From Lama glama (Eukaryota), in the NCBI GenBank assembly GCA_028534125.1, contig CM052816.1, positions 71,426,001 through 71,490,000 of the forward strand: DNA of 64,000 bases, given 5' to 3'. The number at the start of each line of letters is the position of its first letter. The stretch's first letter is position 1. Position numbers and translations under genes: made by a program. The notes below the pieces were generated by a model, which had not been told where the DNA came from, ran no database searches, and saw only the letters and a list, made by a program, of their open reading frames with translations. Positions 52,021 through 64,000 of this stretch are shown piece by piece.

Positions 52021-52221
52021 GAACAATTAATGAAAGACCATCTTGTGGAAGATTTTCAAACTATTTGTCAGAACACCAAAGTTTTATGATTGCACAAATT
52101 AAATAAATGTGGGCTTTATTCAATAAACAGAAAAAATGTTAATGCAAGAATTTTCTCAAATGTAAATTTTATCCTAATATATTTTTTCTTAAGTTTCCAA
52201 TTATCAATGTAGAATCTGGGA

Positions 52222-52356
52222 ATGTGTGTGTGTATATACATGTATATACATACACAATACACATATATACATACAAACACATACATATATAAGCACACAT
52301 ATAATCAGATATATCATTCTGATAAATATACTTATAAATGCACACATACATATATT
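52222..52356. repeat. Degenerate (TG)/(TA)/(CA) low-complexity tract
   Basis: atgtgtgtgtgtatatacatgtatatacatacac... Confidence 0.85.
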
Positions 52357-55300
52357 TGTTTAATGCTTTATTATATGTTTAATTTTAACTTTTTATGACT
52401 TTCTACCAATATGGCAGTGTCTTTCATGTAATAAATCATTTGAATACATTTGAGGACCACACTCTACTGAGGATTTGAAGAGATGTCTCTGGTACCTAGT
52501 TGTAATCATCTCTGAGATTTTGGCATTCTAACTATTTATTGTTTTAGAGACTTTGGAAGCAAGTTGCACCGGAGCCAAACATATGAAATAATTATCAGCA
52601 CCATTAAAGCCAACTATGGCTTTCCTAATGATCCTGAAAGGGAAATCGTGGAGACTTTGGGCCAATTTTCAGAATGTCTGAAACTGAATTTGCCATTTAA
52701 AAAGTCATTGCTTCAATCACTAGGATCTTACCAATCATATGTTGTCACCAAGATAGAAGAATTACATAGAGAACTAGGAACAAAGAAAGGACTTACATAA
52801 AGGAAAAAAAAAGGGCTACCCAAAAGAAAAGAGGAGATAGTAGATAGATTTTTTTTATTGGTTTATTTAACAGTATATTGTTAATTCTGAATGGAGCTGT
52901 TCCCCACCTCATAATGTTCACCCTTGGGGCTGTAAAAAATTCATAGCATTTTATGGGCTGTGGCTGTCAGTGCTTCAATAATTTTGACCCATGTGTAGTT
53001 GATGTTATCATTTGACTATAATTTAGGGAATATTTACATCTTATTCAGCAAAATTTTATTTTCCACATGAGTTTTCAGATGGCTTTAGACTATTTTTAAT
53101 TTCCTTGTTAGGAAATTTCTAAAAACTTTCTCTTAAAAAATAGCAGTCCCCAAAATTGCTCGACATTCACTCTGATCTCGTTTGCCTCAGTGCAAAAGGG
53201 TAAATCCAAGTAGTTTGATTTTAAAATCCTAGGAAAAGAATTTAGAAGCTATATTCACTAAAAATAAAAAAAAAAAAGAACAAAATGATGGACTACGTGT
53301 AAAGCTCCTGCAAGCTGACTGCTAGCCAACGTGTCTGCAAGGAAGAATGCCTGCTTCCTCATTTTCTGAACAGCAGAAACATGTATCTCAGTCTTTGATA
53401 TATTTTGAATTATAAAACAATTTTATATTTGTTTAAAAATTTTTATACTTATTAAAAATAATTCAATCGCTAAGGAAATATGAAGATTAGTGGTAATATC
53501 ACCATCAACCTGTAGCCCATCTCACTTCTCTCCCCAGAAGTAATCACTCAACATTTTTGTAAGAGTTCCAGCAGACCTCTTTTTAAATGTATAGTATACA
53601 AATAGTATTATACCTATATATGTATTCATGTTATATATATATGTACATATGTAATATATAGGTACATGTATTATGTGTAACACATATATACTTATAAAGG
53701 GGTTGTATTGTCCTTATTAGGCACCCTGCTTGTTTTCAGCTTAAAAAAAGTATCTTTTCAATCTTTTTACGTACACTTCACTTTTTGTATTTATTACACA
53801 GCTTAAAGAATGCAATTTTTAAAGGACATACAGTGGTTTTTGCCAACAGTTTGTGATTCCAAACTTTGGTAATATGCTGTAAACAATACTGCTACCATTT
53901 AAATCCCTTTACTTCCTAAGCTATGGAGACAGATTTATAAAGAAATACATGTTATTCTCTAACCAAATGCATCTGGGCAGGCAAACAGATGAACAGATAG
54001 ACAGACAGGCAGCCTTTGTGAAGGATTCAACAGTTGTCTAGGCTTTGTTGTAAAGTATTTCTGGAAAAATTGGGATTATACAAAGAGTCCCAGATGGAGT
54101 TGAATTAATCTCTTTTTTGGGGGAAGGGGGTACCCCATTAGATGTTTGCCAGCACAATCATGTTGTTTTTTTAGATGTACACAAGAAAATGTTATTAATT
54201 AATACTTGGGCTAAACATTTACACTTGTCATGATAAGCCCAATTCTTAACACTCTTTGTAAAGGAAGCATCTGCCTTGCTTAAATGTCATGGTCAATAAA
54301 TGTCTGCCCAGAAGAGCAGAATTTCTCTATATCACTCTACAGTGTCAAACACATAGTGTACACTGATTAAGATAATGTACTATCTAAAAGCAGTGCATGG
54401 GTAGGAATAAGCCATGTAAGCTTATTCACCAAGGAAACTCTGTGATTCAATCTTACTCCCAGAGCAGGACTCTCTGTAAATAAAAATTTAATCCAGAAAT
54501 TGTTAACAGGCCATTCCCTACAAATTGTGTAAACATTACTAAGATGAGAAAACCAGGCATGATAAAGAAGTACCTCTGTTACCTCCAGACACAAGCAATG
54601 GTGAACAAACCCTGTTCAAAACAAAAGTGAGACATTAATTTAAAAATTTGGAATAAAGCAAGGGATATCATTTGGAATGCTTTCTTTAAGCCAATTATTT
54701 TACACTTCCTTCATGTTTCTTATTTAAAAGTAGGTAGGGAGTCATGGATGAACGTGTTGGGGTGAAATAATATAGCATCATGATGGGATGAATGTCTTCT
54801 GCTTGAAAATAACTCCTCTCATTGTCTCATAATAATGGAGCAATCTTGGTCATGATCTCAACACCGATGTATGATTTTTCAGGAAAAAAGCTATGAAAAT
54901 AGAGATAAGAATGGTTTGTGTGTGTTTTGGATGACAAAATCAAATTAGACCATCCACACCAAGTGGACGGTGACAGAAAACACAGCAGTTTTAATGATTT
55001 CTCAGTTAGAATGAACATTTACTGTCAACTGTATTTGAATTATTGAGAGCATTAAAGATAGAAAATCAAGAAATGGACTTCAACTGTCCTAGAGGGATTT
55101 GCTTAAGATTAATGGCAGAAACTATTAAATTCTGTTTCTGAAGAAACTTAGAATTTCCTTCCTGAGAAATATTTAAGTACATCATGGATAACTGTTTGTA
55201 ATGGGTATTTTTACAATGTCTTGCCTGTGAATGCTACTTCCTACTTTATCGTTATATTATTCTATGATTTCTTTCCTCAATATAGATCCTTTCAACCTAG

Positions 55301-56179
55301 CAGCTAATGTTTTTTTAAAATTTTTCATGTTTATTGTGATACAAATTTACAGAATTTTTAACTATCCAGTGACATTACCAGCAATATCCATGTGTGAGAG
55401 AGTAGAAATGCTGAAAGTTCAGACACTCAGTTCTTGCTGGTTTTGCTAAATGGGTTAGAGGGGGCAAAAAGGAACTGTTTTCTAAAGACTGTTCAAAGTC
55501 AAAAGGCTGAATTAATATCACCATGTGGATAATCCTTGTATTAGAAACCACCAATTATATTTCCTAAAAATTCTGGCAGTGAGTTATCTTTGAACCATTA
55601 ACTAACATTCTCAGAATTTCCTTAAGAACTGTCCATCAATGTACTGTCTTAATCCAAGATCAGAAAATATATCATGAAATGATGTGGCTGTAAGCCAATT
55701 TATATTCTTTTTGTGTTCTTAAAACTACAGATGCACACCTGTTTAAGGAACTAAGAAGGTAGTTAACATACTAAATAGTCTACAGATGCGTAGAGTATCT
55801 TTGAAAGAACGTCTTGTAAACACTGACTAGTATCATCTCACATCCTTCAGAGTCACATTGCATTTTCACAAGTTTATGCACATCTGCATGCTGTTAATCA
55901 TGAGTTTGGTTGTAATCTGGGAAGATTCCAACCTCAATCAGAATCAATGCTCTTTCTTAAGTTTAATGTATTTATCAGCAAGGACCATCTTGCTCTTATT
56001 ATGCTCCCAATAGCAAAGAGTATAAACACTGGATGTTTAACAAATCCATATTGAATTGAAATGACTCTGGTTGAATTTAAGAATGTATGCAGTAAACGTC
56101 TTTATTTATCATAAACAGAAGTGTTACTAGTTCCCAACTTTTTAGCACATATTTTCCTTGATATGTCTCAGATGTCTAA

Positions 56180-56608
56180 TGTATCTTCAGTTGGATTTCC
56201 TGGGAGGAGAGTCACACACAGGAAATTTATGAAGAGGGCCCTCAGAAGCAGCAGCAGGGAGAGAGTTAAGTTAGACTGGAGAGAAGGAGGAGTTGATTTG
56301 CAATGCAGTCACAACAAAGACCCCATTGGATACCACTGATGGCTCTGGAGCGGATGGTCCCCAACACCTGTCCCACTTTAAGGCAAGAAAGTTGGCTTTT
56401 TATACTTTTTCATTGACTGGTTTTGGATGCAGTCTACCTCCAGAAGAGGGGCCATGACCTTGGGTGAGTGAGCATTCTTCAGCCAAGGACAATTCCGGGA
56501 GAGTGACTCGGCTAAGAGCTGTCAGCCACCAACATTGCCAGTAGCTGGAGGAATGAGAATTTCAGTCCTTAAGGAGGCCGGGGTGGTTTACTCCATCATC
56601 CACTGCAC
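56180..56608 (-). mobile_element. LTR16-family ERVL solo LTR
   Basis: gttggatttcctgggag...ggagttgatttgcaatgcagtcacaaca...catgaccttgggtgag...gagctgtcagcc...catccactgca. Confidence 0.75.
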
Positions 56609-57926
56609 TATTTTTATCTTAATCCTTTGCAAACTGATTTCCTCACTCACTATTCTACTAAAAAAAAAAAAAAAAAAGAATTTTCAAACGTCATTGATGA
56701 TTTTATTTTTTAACATCCAATATTTCCAAGTCTATAAAAGTGAGAAACTAGATCTTGAAGAATTCTCCACCCTTGGTTTCCACACTTAATTGATTTTCTT
56801 CCTGCCCCAATTGCTATCTTATTCGCTCCTTACACTCTTTCTGTCGGAATATTCATCCTCTTGCAGTGTCAGTTCTTACAGTACATGTGGGGACCGTCAG
56901 ATCAACATTTCCAACTTGTCTACATTTCTAGATGATTCCTTTATCTCCAAACAAATATTGCATATTTTTACTTGAATGTCTCTCCCCGTTACTCTAAAGG
57001 AAACACTAAGACAATTTACAAACAGAAAACCAATGTTATTTTATTAGAAGTAAAACTGGTATCTTTTCTCACTGTTACTATCACTATTACTTGAGTTTAT
57101 AAATAATGTCAGCTCATACTTTTGTTTTTCCTCATAAATGAGTTCTTTCTCTTAATATCTTTATTTATTCCAATGGATCTTCCCTCTTCTGTATAACTTA
57201 TTTCACACCCAAATTTATTTTGGTTTCTTTCCCTCTTATCCAGTAACCATCCACTGGATATTAATTCTTTGTTTGTAATTAGTCTCTTCCTTGTTGTGTT
57301 CCATTTCCTTTTCCCCACAAGATGCTGTGAATTACTGTAACGCACTCCGAGGTGGTCTTTTCTTAAACCTTTGTGGCTTTTGAGAATTCTGTGCATTCAA
57401 ACTATAATTTGGGAAATTAATCTTCCTACAACACATCTTTAGCCTAATTTTTACTGTCAGAAAGCTTCCATACACTTCCAAAGTGAAGCAAACACAATTT
57501 TAAGTTTTTAGCCTAATGCTCAGGGCTTTCAAAATGCATTTAAAATTTTGTTTTATGAAGATGTATTGAGCAACAGCTACATGGTGTGAACACTTCTGAG
57601 CACTGGAGTATAGCAGTGAGCAAGGTGAATTACGTCTAGCAAGGAGGTGAGACAACAAGCCAAATAAATCAATAAAGTTATACAGTAGGTAAATGATATA
57701 TTTATAGTGAGAAGTGCTAAGGAGGAAAATAAAACAAAGAAAGGGATATTAAATGTTGAGATGAAGGGATGTGATTTTACATAGCGTATGATTGACTGAA
57801 AGGGTAACTACTAAGTGAAGTCCTGAAAGAAATAAGAGCACATGTCAATGGCTATCTTGGAGGAAGGGTATTATAGGTAGAGGGAACAGCACTTGCAAAG
57901 ATCTAGATGAAGGGCCTTGTCTTTAC

Positions 57927-58225
57927 GAGAGAAAGAGAGAAAAAGAGAGAGAAAGAAAGAGAGAGAGAGAAGTGAGAGAGAAAGAAAGAAAAAGAAAGAA
58001 AGAAAGAAAGATAGAAAGAAAGAAAGAAAGAAAGAAAAGAAAGCAAGAAAGAAAGAAAAGAAAGAAAAAGAAAGAAAGAAAGAAAGAAAAGAAAGCAAGA
58101 AAGAAAGAAAAGAAAGAAAAAGAAAGAAAGAAAGAAAGAAAGAAAGAGGAAGAAAGAAAGAAAAGAAAGCAAGAAAGAAAGAAAAGAAAGAAAAAGAAAG
58201 AAAGAAAAAAGAGAAAAAGAAAAAA

Positions 58226-58297
<72 letters not shown>

Positions 58298-58362
58298 AAA
58301 AAAAAGAAAAGAAAGAAAAAGAAAGAAAGGACGGAAGAAAGGAAGAAAGAAAAACAAAAAGA
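57927..58362. repeat. Compound (GA)n/(GAAA)n polypurine microsatellite, ~435 bp
   Basis: Almost pure A/G on the + strand; accounts for the K/E/R- and F/S/L-rich ORFs at 57871-58389. Confidence 0.98.
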
Positions 58363-59032
58363 ATAATGTGACTGGAGTAGAATGAGCAAGGGAGAAAGTT
58401 CTAAGATATGAGGTCAGAGGGATGCCTGATCATTAAGACTTTGTGGGATCATTGTAACAAATTTAAATTCTACTCTAAGTGAGATGGAAGTCATTGAAAG
58501 GTTTTGAGCAGAGTTGTGACATGATCTGGCTTTCGTTTTAAAAGCTGCTTTGCTGAGAACGCCCTGAAAGGTGGAAGCAAGAGGACAAGTTAGGACATAG
58601 TAATCCAGAAAAGAGATAATGGTGGCTGGGATCAGAGTGGCAGTTGTAAAATGAGATGAGATGTGGGTGCATTCTGAATAAATTTTAAAGGCAGATCCAA
58701 TGGATTAACTGATGGATTCAATGTGTGGCAATGGGGGGAAGTGGGAATCCAGAATGAATCTAATTCCCTGAGCAACTGTAATAATAGAGCTATAATTGAA
58801 TGAAAATATTACAAGGGGAAAAAAGTGGTCATGATGGGAGGTAAATTAGCAGAAGTTTATTTTAGGACATATTCAGTTTTATATGTTTTATTAAATATAC
58901 AGGAGGTGATATGAAGTAGACAGTTCATAACTAAATGTGAAATTCAGGGAAATAGAGGGTGAACCTACGTTTGGGTGATATCAGCCTATATGTGGCATAT
59001 AAAGCTATGTGACTGAAATTATAATTGCTTCT

Positions 59033-59327
59033 ATCACAGACATAGAAAACAAACTGTGGCTACCAAGGGTGAAAGGAGGGGGAGGGACAGATTAGGAGTT
59101 TGGGCTCAACAGATATCCATTACTATATATAAAATGGATAAACAACAAGGACCTACTCTATAGCACGGGGAACTATATTCAATTTCTTGTAATGAGCTCT
59201 AATGGAAAAGAAACTGAAAATATAATATATATGTATGCATATGTATAATTGAATCACTTTGCTGTACACCTAAAACTAACATTGTAAATTGACTATACTT
59301 CAGTGAAAAATAAGAATTTTTAAAAAA
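59033..59327 (+). mobile_element. 5'-truncated artiodactyl-type L1 3' end nested in L2
   Basis: tcacagacatagaaaacaaact...ggataaacaacaaggacctactctatagcacggggaactatattcaa...actatacttca plus A-rich tail; TSD gaaattataattgcttct (59015) / gaaattatactgcttct (59328). Confidence 0.92.
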
Positions 59328-60184
59328 GAAATTATACTGCTTCTGAAATTTGTGTAGGAAATAGTAAAAAAAAAAAAAATCAAGGAAGAGCAACCAGAAA
59401 GGAAGAATAAAAACCAGACATGCATAGTGTCCCAAATGGTGAATTTGTTTGAGAGGAGGGAGTGATTAGCTGCATCAGTGGCTCAGGAGAGGTCAAGTAA
59501 AATGATGAGTATAAATTGATCATTTAATTTCCATGGTGGAAGTCATTGGAGGCTCTAGTGACAAGCCTAATCTTTTCTTCCAAATAATTATTTCATAAAC
59601 ATTTACAAATAGTTGTTTTTCAGTCAGATTTGCCTACCTAATGTCTTATGAAAATGACATATTTGCTTATGATTTTTTCTGTACCCTTAGATAAATATTC
59701 TCCAATTAAAGTAGTTGCTTATCTGCTTATTTAAAAGTGATCCACCTTATCTTTATAATTCTAATTGCAACATCCATTAACTGTTCTTTCCAGCATACTT
59801 TATATTCAATGTCTAGGACAGCAGAGGGTTTACTATCATTTGCTATCAGAATCACATCCTTAATTATCATAGGAAATATTGCTCGATGGAGTATAGGTTT
59901 ACAAAGAGTTTTAATTAACAAACTTCAAGGATATTTAGATAGGATTCCTGCATATTTCTGATCTTGGAGTTTTTTTGGGTTTTTTGTTTTTTGGGGTTTT
60001 TTTTTTTTTTTTTTGCTAAGCTTGCAAAAAACTCAGAAAACCCATTCTATTTTAGAATTTCTAAATTTAAAAGAGTTGAAGTTCTCATTTTTATAAGTCA
60101 AGCTTTGCCTCCTTTGAACTTAATCTACCATTACTAGTGAGTCTTTTTGTAACAACAAAAAAAATCCTCCTCTTTGTTTTGTTG

Positions 60185-60640
60185 GTCCTGTAAATGTTTA
60201 AAAATAGATGGCTATCACGTTCCTCCAACCAATCCACAGCCCCATCATTCTTTCCTTTTGCAGACTAAACATTCCAGTTTTTTCTAAACATTCCTTATGT
60301 GACACCACGTCTAGCCCTTTTACTATCTTGGTTGCCCTATGTATTAGGTCCAATTTGTCAATGTCTCCCTTGTAAAATGGCAAACAGAACTGAATCCAGC
60401 ACTCCAGTGTGCTTCTCGTTAGTGTGTGCTGTGGTGGGAATCTTCACCTCAGTGCTCCAATCACCAAATTGGTTAAGGTAGTCTAAGATTTAACTTACTA
60501 TTGGCTTGCTAATAACTTAACTGTTGGCTACTTCCACTGACTTATAGTCAACTAACATAATGACTATATTCTAATACAGATAAAAATGAATTTTTAATCA
60601 CAATTGGATGAAGTTATACTTGTATCCATTATTATATCTC
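60185..60640 (-). mobile_element. L3/CR1 LINE ORF2 C-terminal remnant
   Basis: ORF 60198-60383 PFYKGDIDKLDLIHRATKIVKGLDVVSHKECLEKTGMFSLQKERM resembles the CR1 motif PxYKKDIxKLExVQRRATKMxxGLxxLSYEERLKELGLFSLEKRR. Confidence 0.85.
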
Positions 60641-61059
60641 CCTTTATTCTATCTGTTCTCTGTGGTATTTAATAACAGTTGTTAGTTGTTTGCAAATTCA
60701 CCAAGTCATAAACATCAAAAGCATTGTAAACTGAAACAAGTTGAATGCATAGTAAATGAATCTTTCTTAAAGTTATGAAACATAAGATCAATATAAAAAT
60801 AATCTCTTAAAAGGAGATTAAAAATGTCTAGATGAAAAAAAGTAATACTCATAGTGTGGGTTCAAATGGGAAAAATTTTAGGTGATAAAGAAATAAGAGG
60901 AGGACATTAAAATATTCAAAATTCTTATCTTCCAATGAATGGAGAGCTCCATATCGATATCTATAAGTATCTTTAAAATAAGTTTGATGATTTTTAACCT
61001 GCAAACTAATAATAATAATAATAATACAACTCTAGAAGTTTGCTAAGAATCATTAAATC

Positions 61060-63705
61060 TTAAATTACAGCAATATAAAGCTATCAAAACACATTCGTGA
61101 TAAAGGACTTGTATGCAAAATATATAAAGATCTCTCACTTTTTATAATAAGAAAACATTCCAACTAAAAAATGAAGAAAGTATTTGAACCTTCACGAAAG
61201 AAGATATACCAATGACAAATAAACACGTCTAATGATGTAGCCATTAATCATCACAAAAATGAAATTCAAAAACAATAAGATATCACAACATATCTATTAG
61301 AATGGCTAAAGCTAAATAAATAAAAACTGAAAACCAAGTGCTGGGAAAAAATGCAGAGCAACTGAAACACTCATACATTGCCAAGGAGAATGCAATATGA
61401 TATAAACACTTTGAAAAACAATTTTGCAGAACTTACGTCTACATAAAACCATGTATATGAAGATGAACATAGTTTTACTGTGCAGTCCAGCAGTTTTGCT
61501 TTTTGGTATTTACCTAACTGACTGAAACTTATGTCCACAGGGGAAGTGGGGCTATAACTCAGGGGTAGAGTGTGTGCTTAGCATGCACAAGGTCCTGGGT
61601 TCAATCCCCAGTACCGCCATTAAAATAAATAAATAAACCTAATTACCACCACCCCCCCAAAAAAAGGAAAAAGAAATTTACGTCCGCACAAAAATCTTCA
61701 CACAAATGTTTACAGCAACTTTAATCCAAAAACTGAAAGCAAAGAAAATGTCCTTCAATAGGTGAAACCATAAGCAAACTGATACAAGGTATACTGGAAT
61801 GATGTTCAGTGATCAAAAGATATGGACTCACAAGCCAGGCAAAACATGTTTGAATTTCAAATTGATATTGTTAAGTTAAAGAAGTCAGTCCCAAAATGCT
61901 GCTTAGTCTTTTATTCCATTTATATAATAGTCTGAAAAAAAGCAAAACTCTGGAGACTGTAAACAGCTAAGTGTTTGACATGGATTTGAGGAGCAGGGAG
62001 AACTGAATAGATGAAGCACAGAGGATTTTGTAAGGTGGTGAAATTATTTTGTATGTTACTAATGATGTGTATATGACTGCATTTTTCAAAGCCTACAGAA
62101 CTGTGCAACACAAAGTATCAACTTTAAAATATGCAAACTTAAAAACAGCAAATCATTTGGGGATATCAGTATGGAATGCAGAATGGGACAAAAGAATCTA
62201 CCTGTATTGCAAATATGTAACATAATCTCAGTGAAAGAGGTGGGGAAAAGTTGCTGATCTGTGTAACTTTGGAGAAGAGTGGATACTGCAAGGCCAAAGG
62301 CAAAAGGAACTGTATGTAAAAACTGTGTTCCACTTGATAAAGTTGTTTCCCAAAAGCATGCAAATGAACAGTTCTGAAATCACTATACATGTATGAACTT
62401 ATCAGTTAAGTAAATGGATGGGGGTGGGGGATACAGATAAACAAGAGGAAGAGGCCAGAACAATCCATTTAGTAATAGTAGGATTATACTAGGAGACATC
62501 ATAACAAACCATGTTTAGCACAATATAGTTACATAAAGAAGTATTTTTAGACAACCTGTAAATATAGGTGTTAGTACACATACATGTATCTCCTTGCTCT
62601 GTCAGCTGAGAAGACCTAGGAGCAACAAACCCAGGAACAACTAGCTCACCCAGCCCTCAGATTTTGGTTTCAAACACCATCCTTCAATTAAGGGAACTAG
62701 GTTTCCTTTGGAAAACAGCTGAATCTAAAAAGGATCAGGGAATATACAAAAAGAATCAGGAACATTTTGTAGTGTCAGGAAACAAGAAAGTATTGAGAAA
62801 AAGAAAAAAGTACAAATCCAACAACAGGAGTATGTCAAAGGGACACAGGAACCAACCAAAAGCTCCTAATAATGGCTAAAGCTGGAACAATATGATTGAC
62901 AAGATAATGTAGTACTGGATTATAACCCCAAGTACAGAATAAATAAATATTCATGAGTCCATATTTATATAAATAAATAAATGAATGGGACAGGATGGAC
63001 AAATCTGTGCAGAAAAGAAATCTAAATAATTTATGTAGACACTTCCCTATCGAAGAGGCTAAGCATAGCTTCCCACCCCTTAAATGTGGGCTGTGCAGTG
63101 ACTTCCATCCAAAGAGTACAGCATGGGAAGTGGGAAAAGGGGAATTTAATTTAATTTTATTATTAATTTTTTATACCACAAAGAATGAGTTTGATTTTGC
63201 AAATTAAAATCAACCAAGTTGTTGGGGGAACCCAAAATGGAACACAGACTCTGACAAATGAATTTAAGTGTGGCACAGATAGATCACATAACCTCACTGA
63301 AGCATTGATGAAAGGAGCGGAACCACATAATTAAAAAAAGAGGAGTTTTATAGGGAAGAGATTCAGCAAACACGACGTCAGCCAGGTGATCAACAGTGAG
63401 GTCATGCTAATAATCTGTACCCTTGTTATGATTTGATGACACATAATAGTTTACCTCTGTGGTCTTCCTCCCCCAAACCCAACAACTCCAATCTAATCAT
63501 GAGAAAAACATCAGACAACCTGAATTGAAAGACATTCAGACATTCTATGAAATATCTGACCAGTACTTATCAAAATAGTCAAGGTTATCAAAAACAAGGA
63601 GTCTGAAAAACTGTCATAATCTAGAGGAGCCTATGGAGACATGACAAGTAAAAGTCATATGATAGTCTGGATGAGACCACGGATCAGAAAAAGGACACTA
63701 GGTAA
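61060..63705 (+). mobile_element. L1MC/MD-type (L1MC3-like) ORF2 end and long 3' UTR
   Basis: tgataaaggacttgtatgc, cttcacgaaagaagatatac, ctctgtcagctgagaagacctagg, aatctaatcatgagaaaaacatcagac, aaggttatcaaaaacaagg. Confidence 0.88.
61540..61672 (+). mobile_element. tRNA-derived SINE resembling camelid vic-1
   Basis: A box tataactcaggggtagag, B box ggttcaatccc, tail taaaataaataaataaacctaattaccaccaccccccc plus A-run; TSD gaaacttatgtccaca (61524) / gaaatttacgtccgca (61673). Confidence 0.85.
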
Positions 63706-64000
63706 AGTGTAGGGAAAGGGTTGGGTAGTAGGGAAAGGGGTGGTGGAGAGTTAATTTTCCTTAGAGCTTCTAAGTTTATGGTTGTTACTAGTGTCTCTGT
63801 TAATCACTTTGCCATTGTAGGCAGTGGAGGATGATCATTAGGAACTGCAAGTCATTCTTGCTGGCGACTTTTTAATAGACAAGTTTCAGAAAATCAAACA
63901 CTATTCTTTAATGTAGTCTGTATATATCACTTATATCTCAATTAGAAACAAGACAAATATAAATTTGTCCAATGTTATTTTCAACCCATTATCCTAGCAT

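Larger units (their letters stand above)
57555..59570 (-). mobile_element. Long L2a fragment interrupted by a GA tract and an L1 3' end
   Basis: tgtattgagca..., agggaacagcacttgcaaag, tactctaagtgagatggaagtcattgaaaggttttgagcagag, aggtcaagtaaaatgatgag. Confidence 0.88.

Noticed and set aside
52548..52800. 78-aa ORF with protein-like composition preceded by ttgttttAG
   Set aside because: No recognisable homology and a length compatible with chance; tBLASTn/PhyloCSF would be needed to revive it
53611..53664. 11-bp inverted repeat
   Set aside because: Lies in TA-rich low-complexity sequence where self-complementarity is expected
57871..58389. Long ORFs (up to 172 aa) rich in K/E/R or F/S/L
   Set aside because: Translations of the GAAA microsatellite, which lacks stop codons
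61545..61620. tRNA-like sequence
   Set aside because: It is the head of a SINE with a tail and TSD, not a tRNA gene

Overview
AT-rich mammalian genomic DNA, intronic or intergenic, with no protein-coding exon or RNA gene that I can recognise. The ORF track is explained by chance ORFs, decayed retroelements and a GA microsatellite. A tRNA-derived SINE resembling camelid vic-1 (61540-61672), four short artiodactyl-type L1 3' ends, and no visible ruminant (Bov-A/BovB), pig (PRE-1), primate or rodent SINEs suggest a camelid genome. Much of the window is ancient repeats (L2, MIR, L3/CR1, L1M, MLT1/MLT2/LTR16, MER44, MER46C, MER33), all assigned by eye from recalled consensus sequences, so subfamilies and boundaries are approximate. 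The best leads lie in the repeat-poor blocks: a TALE/HOX/POU motif cluster (10.5-11.7 kb), an NFI half-site cluster (39.1-40.3 kb), and a 47-48 kb block with TBX/GATA motifs, a 14-bp hairpin whose loop is a consensus splice donor, and a TATA-ATG-donor arrangement. There are also a perfect 63-bp tandem duplication, a 22-bp AT-rich hairpin and a ~435-bp polypurine tract. The sequence alone does not support a claim of a novel multi-gene system.
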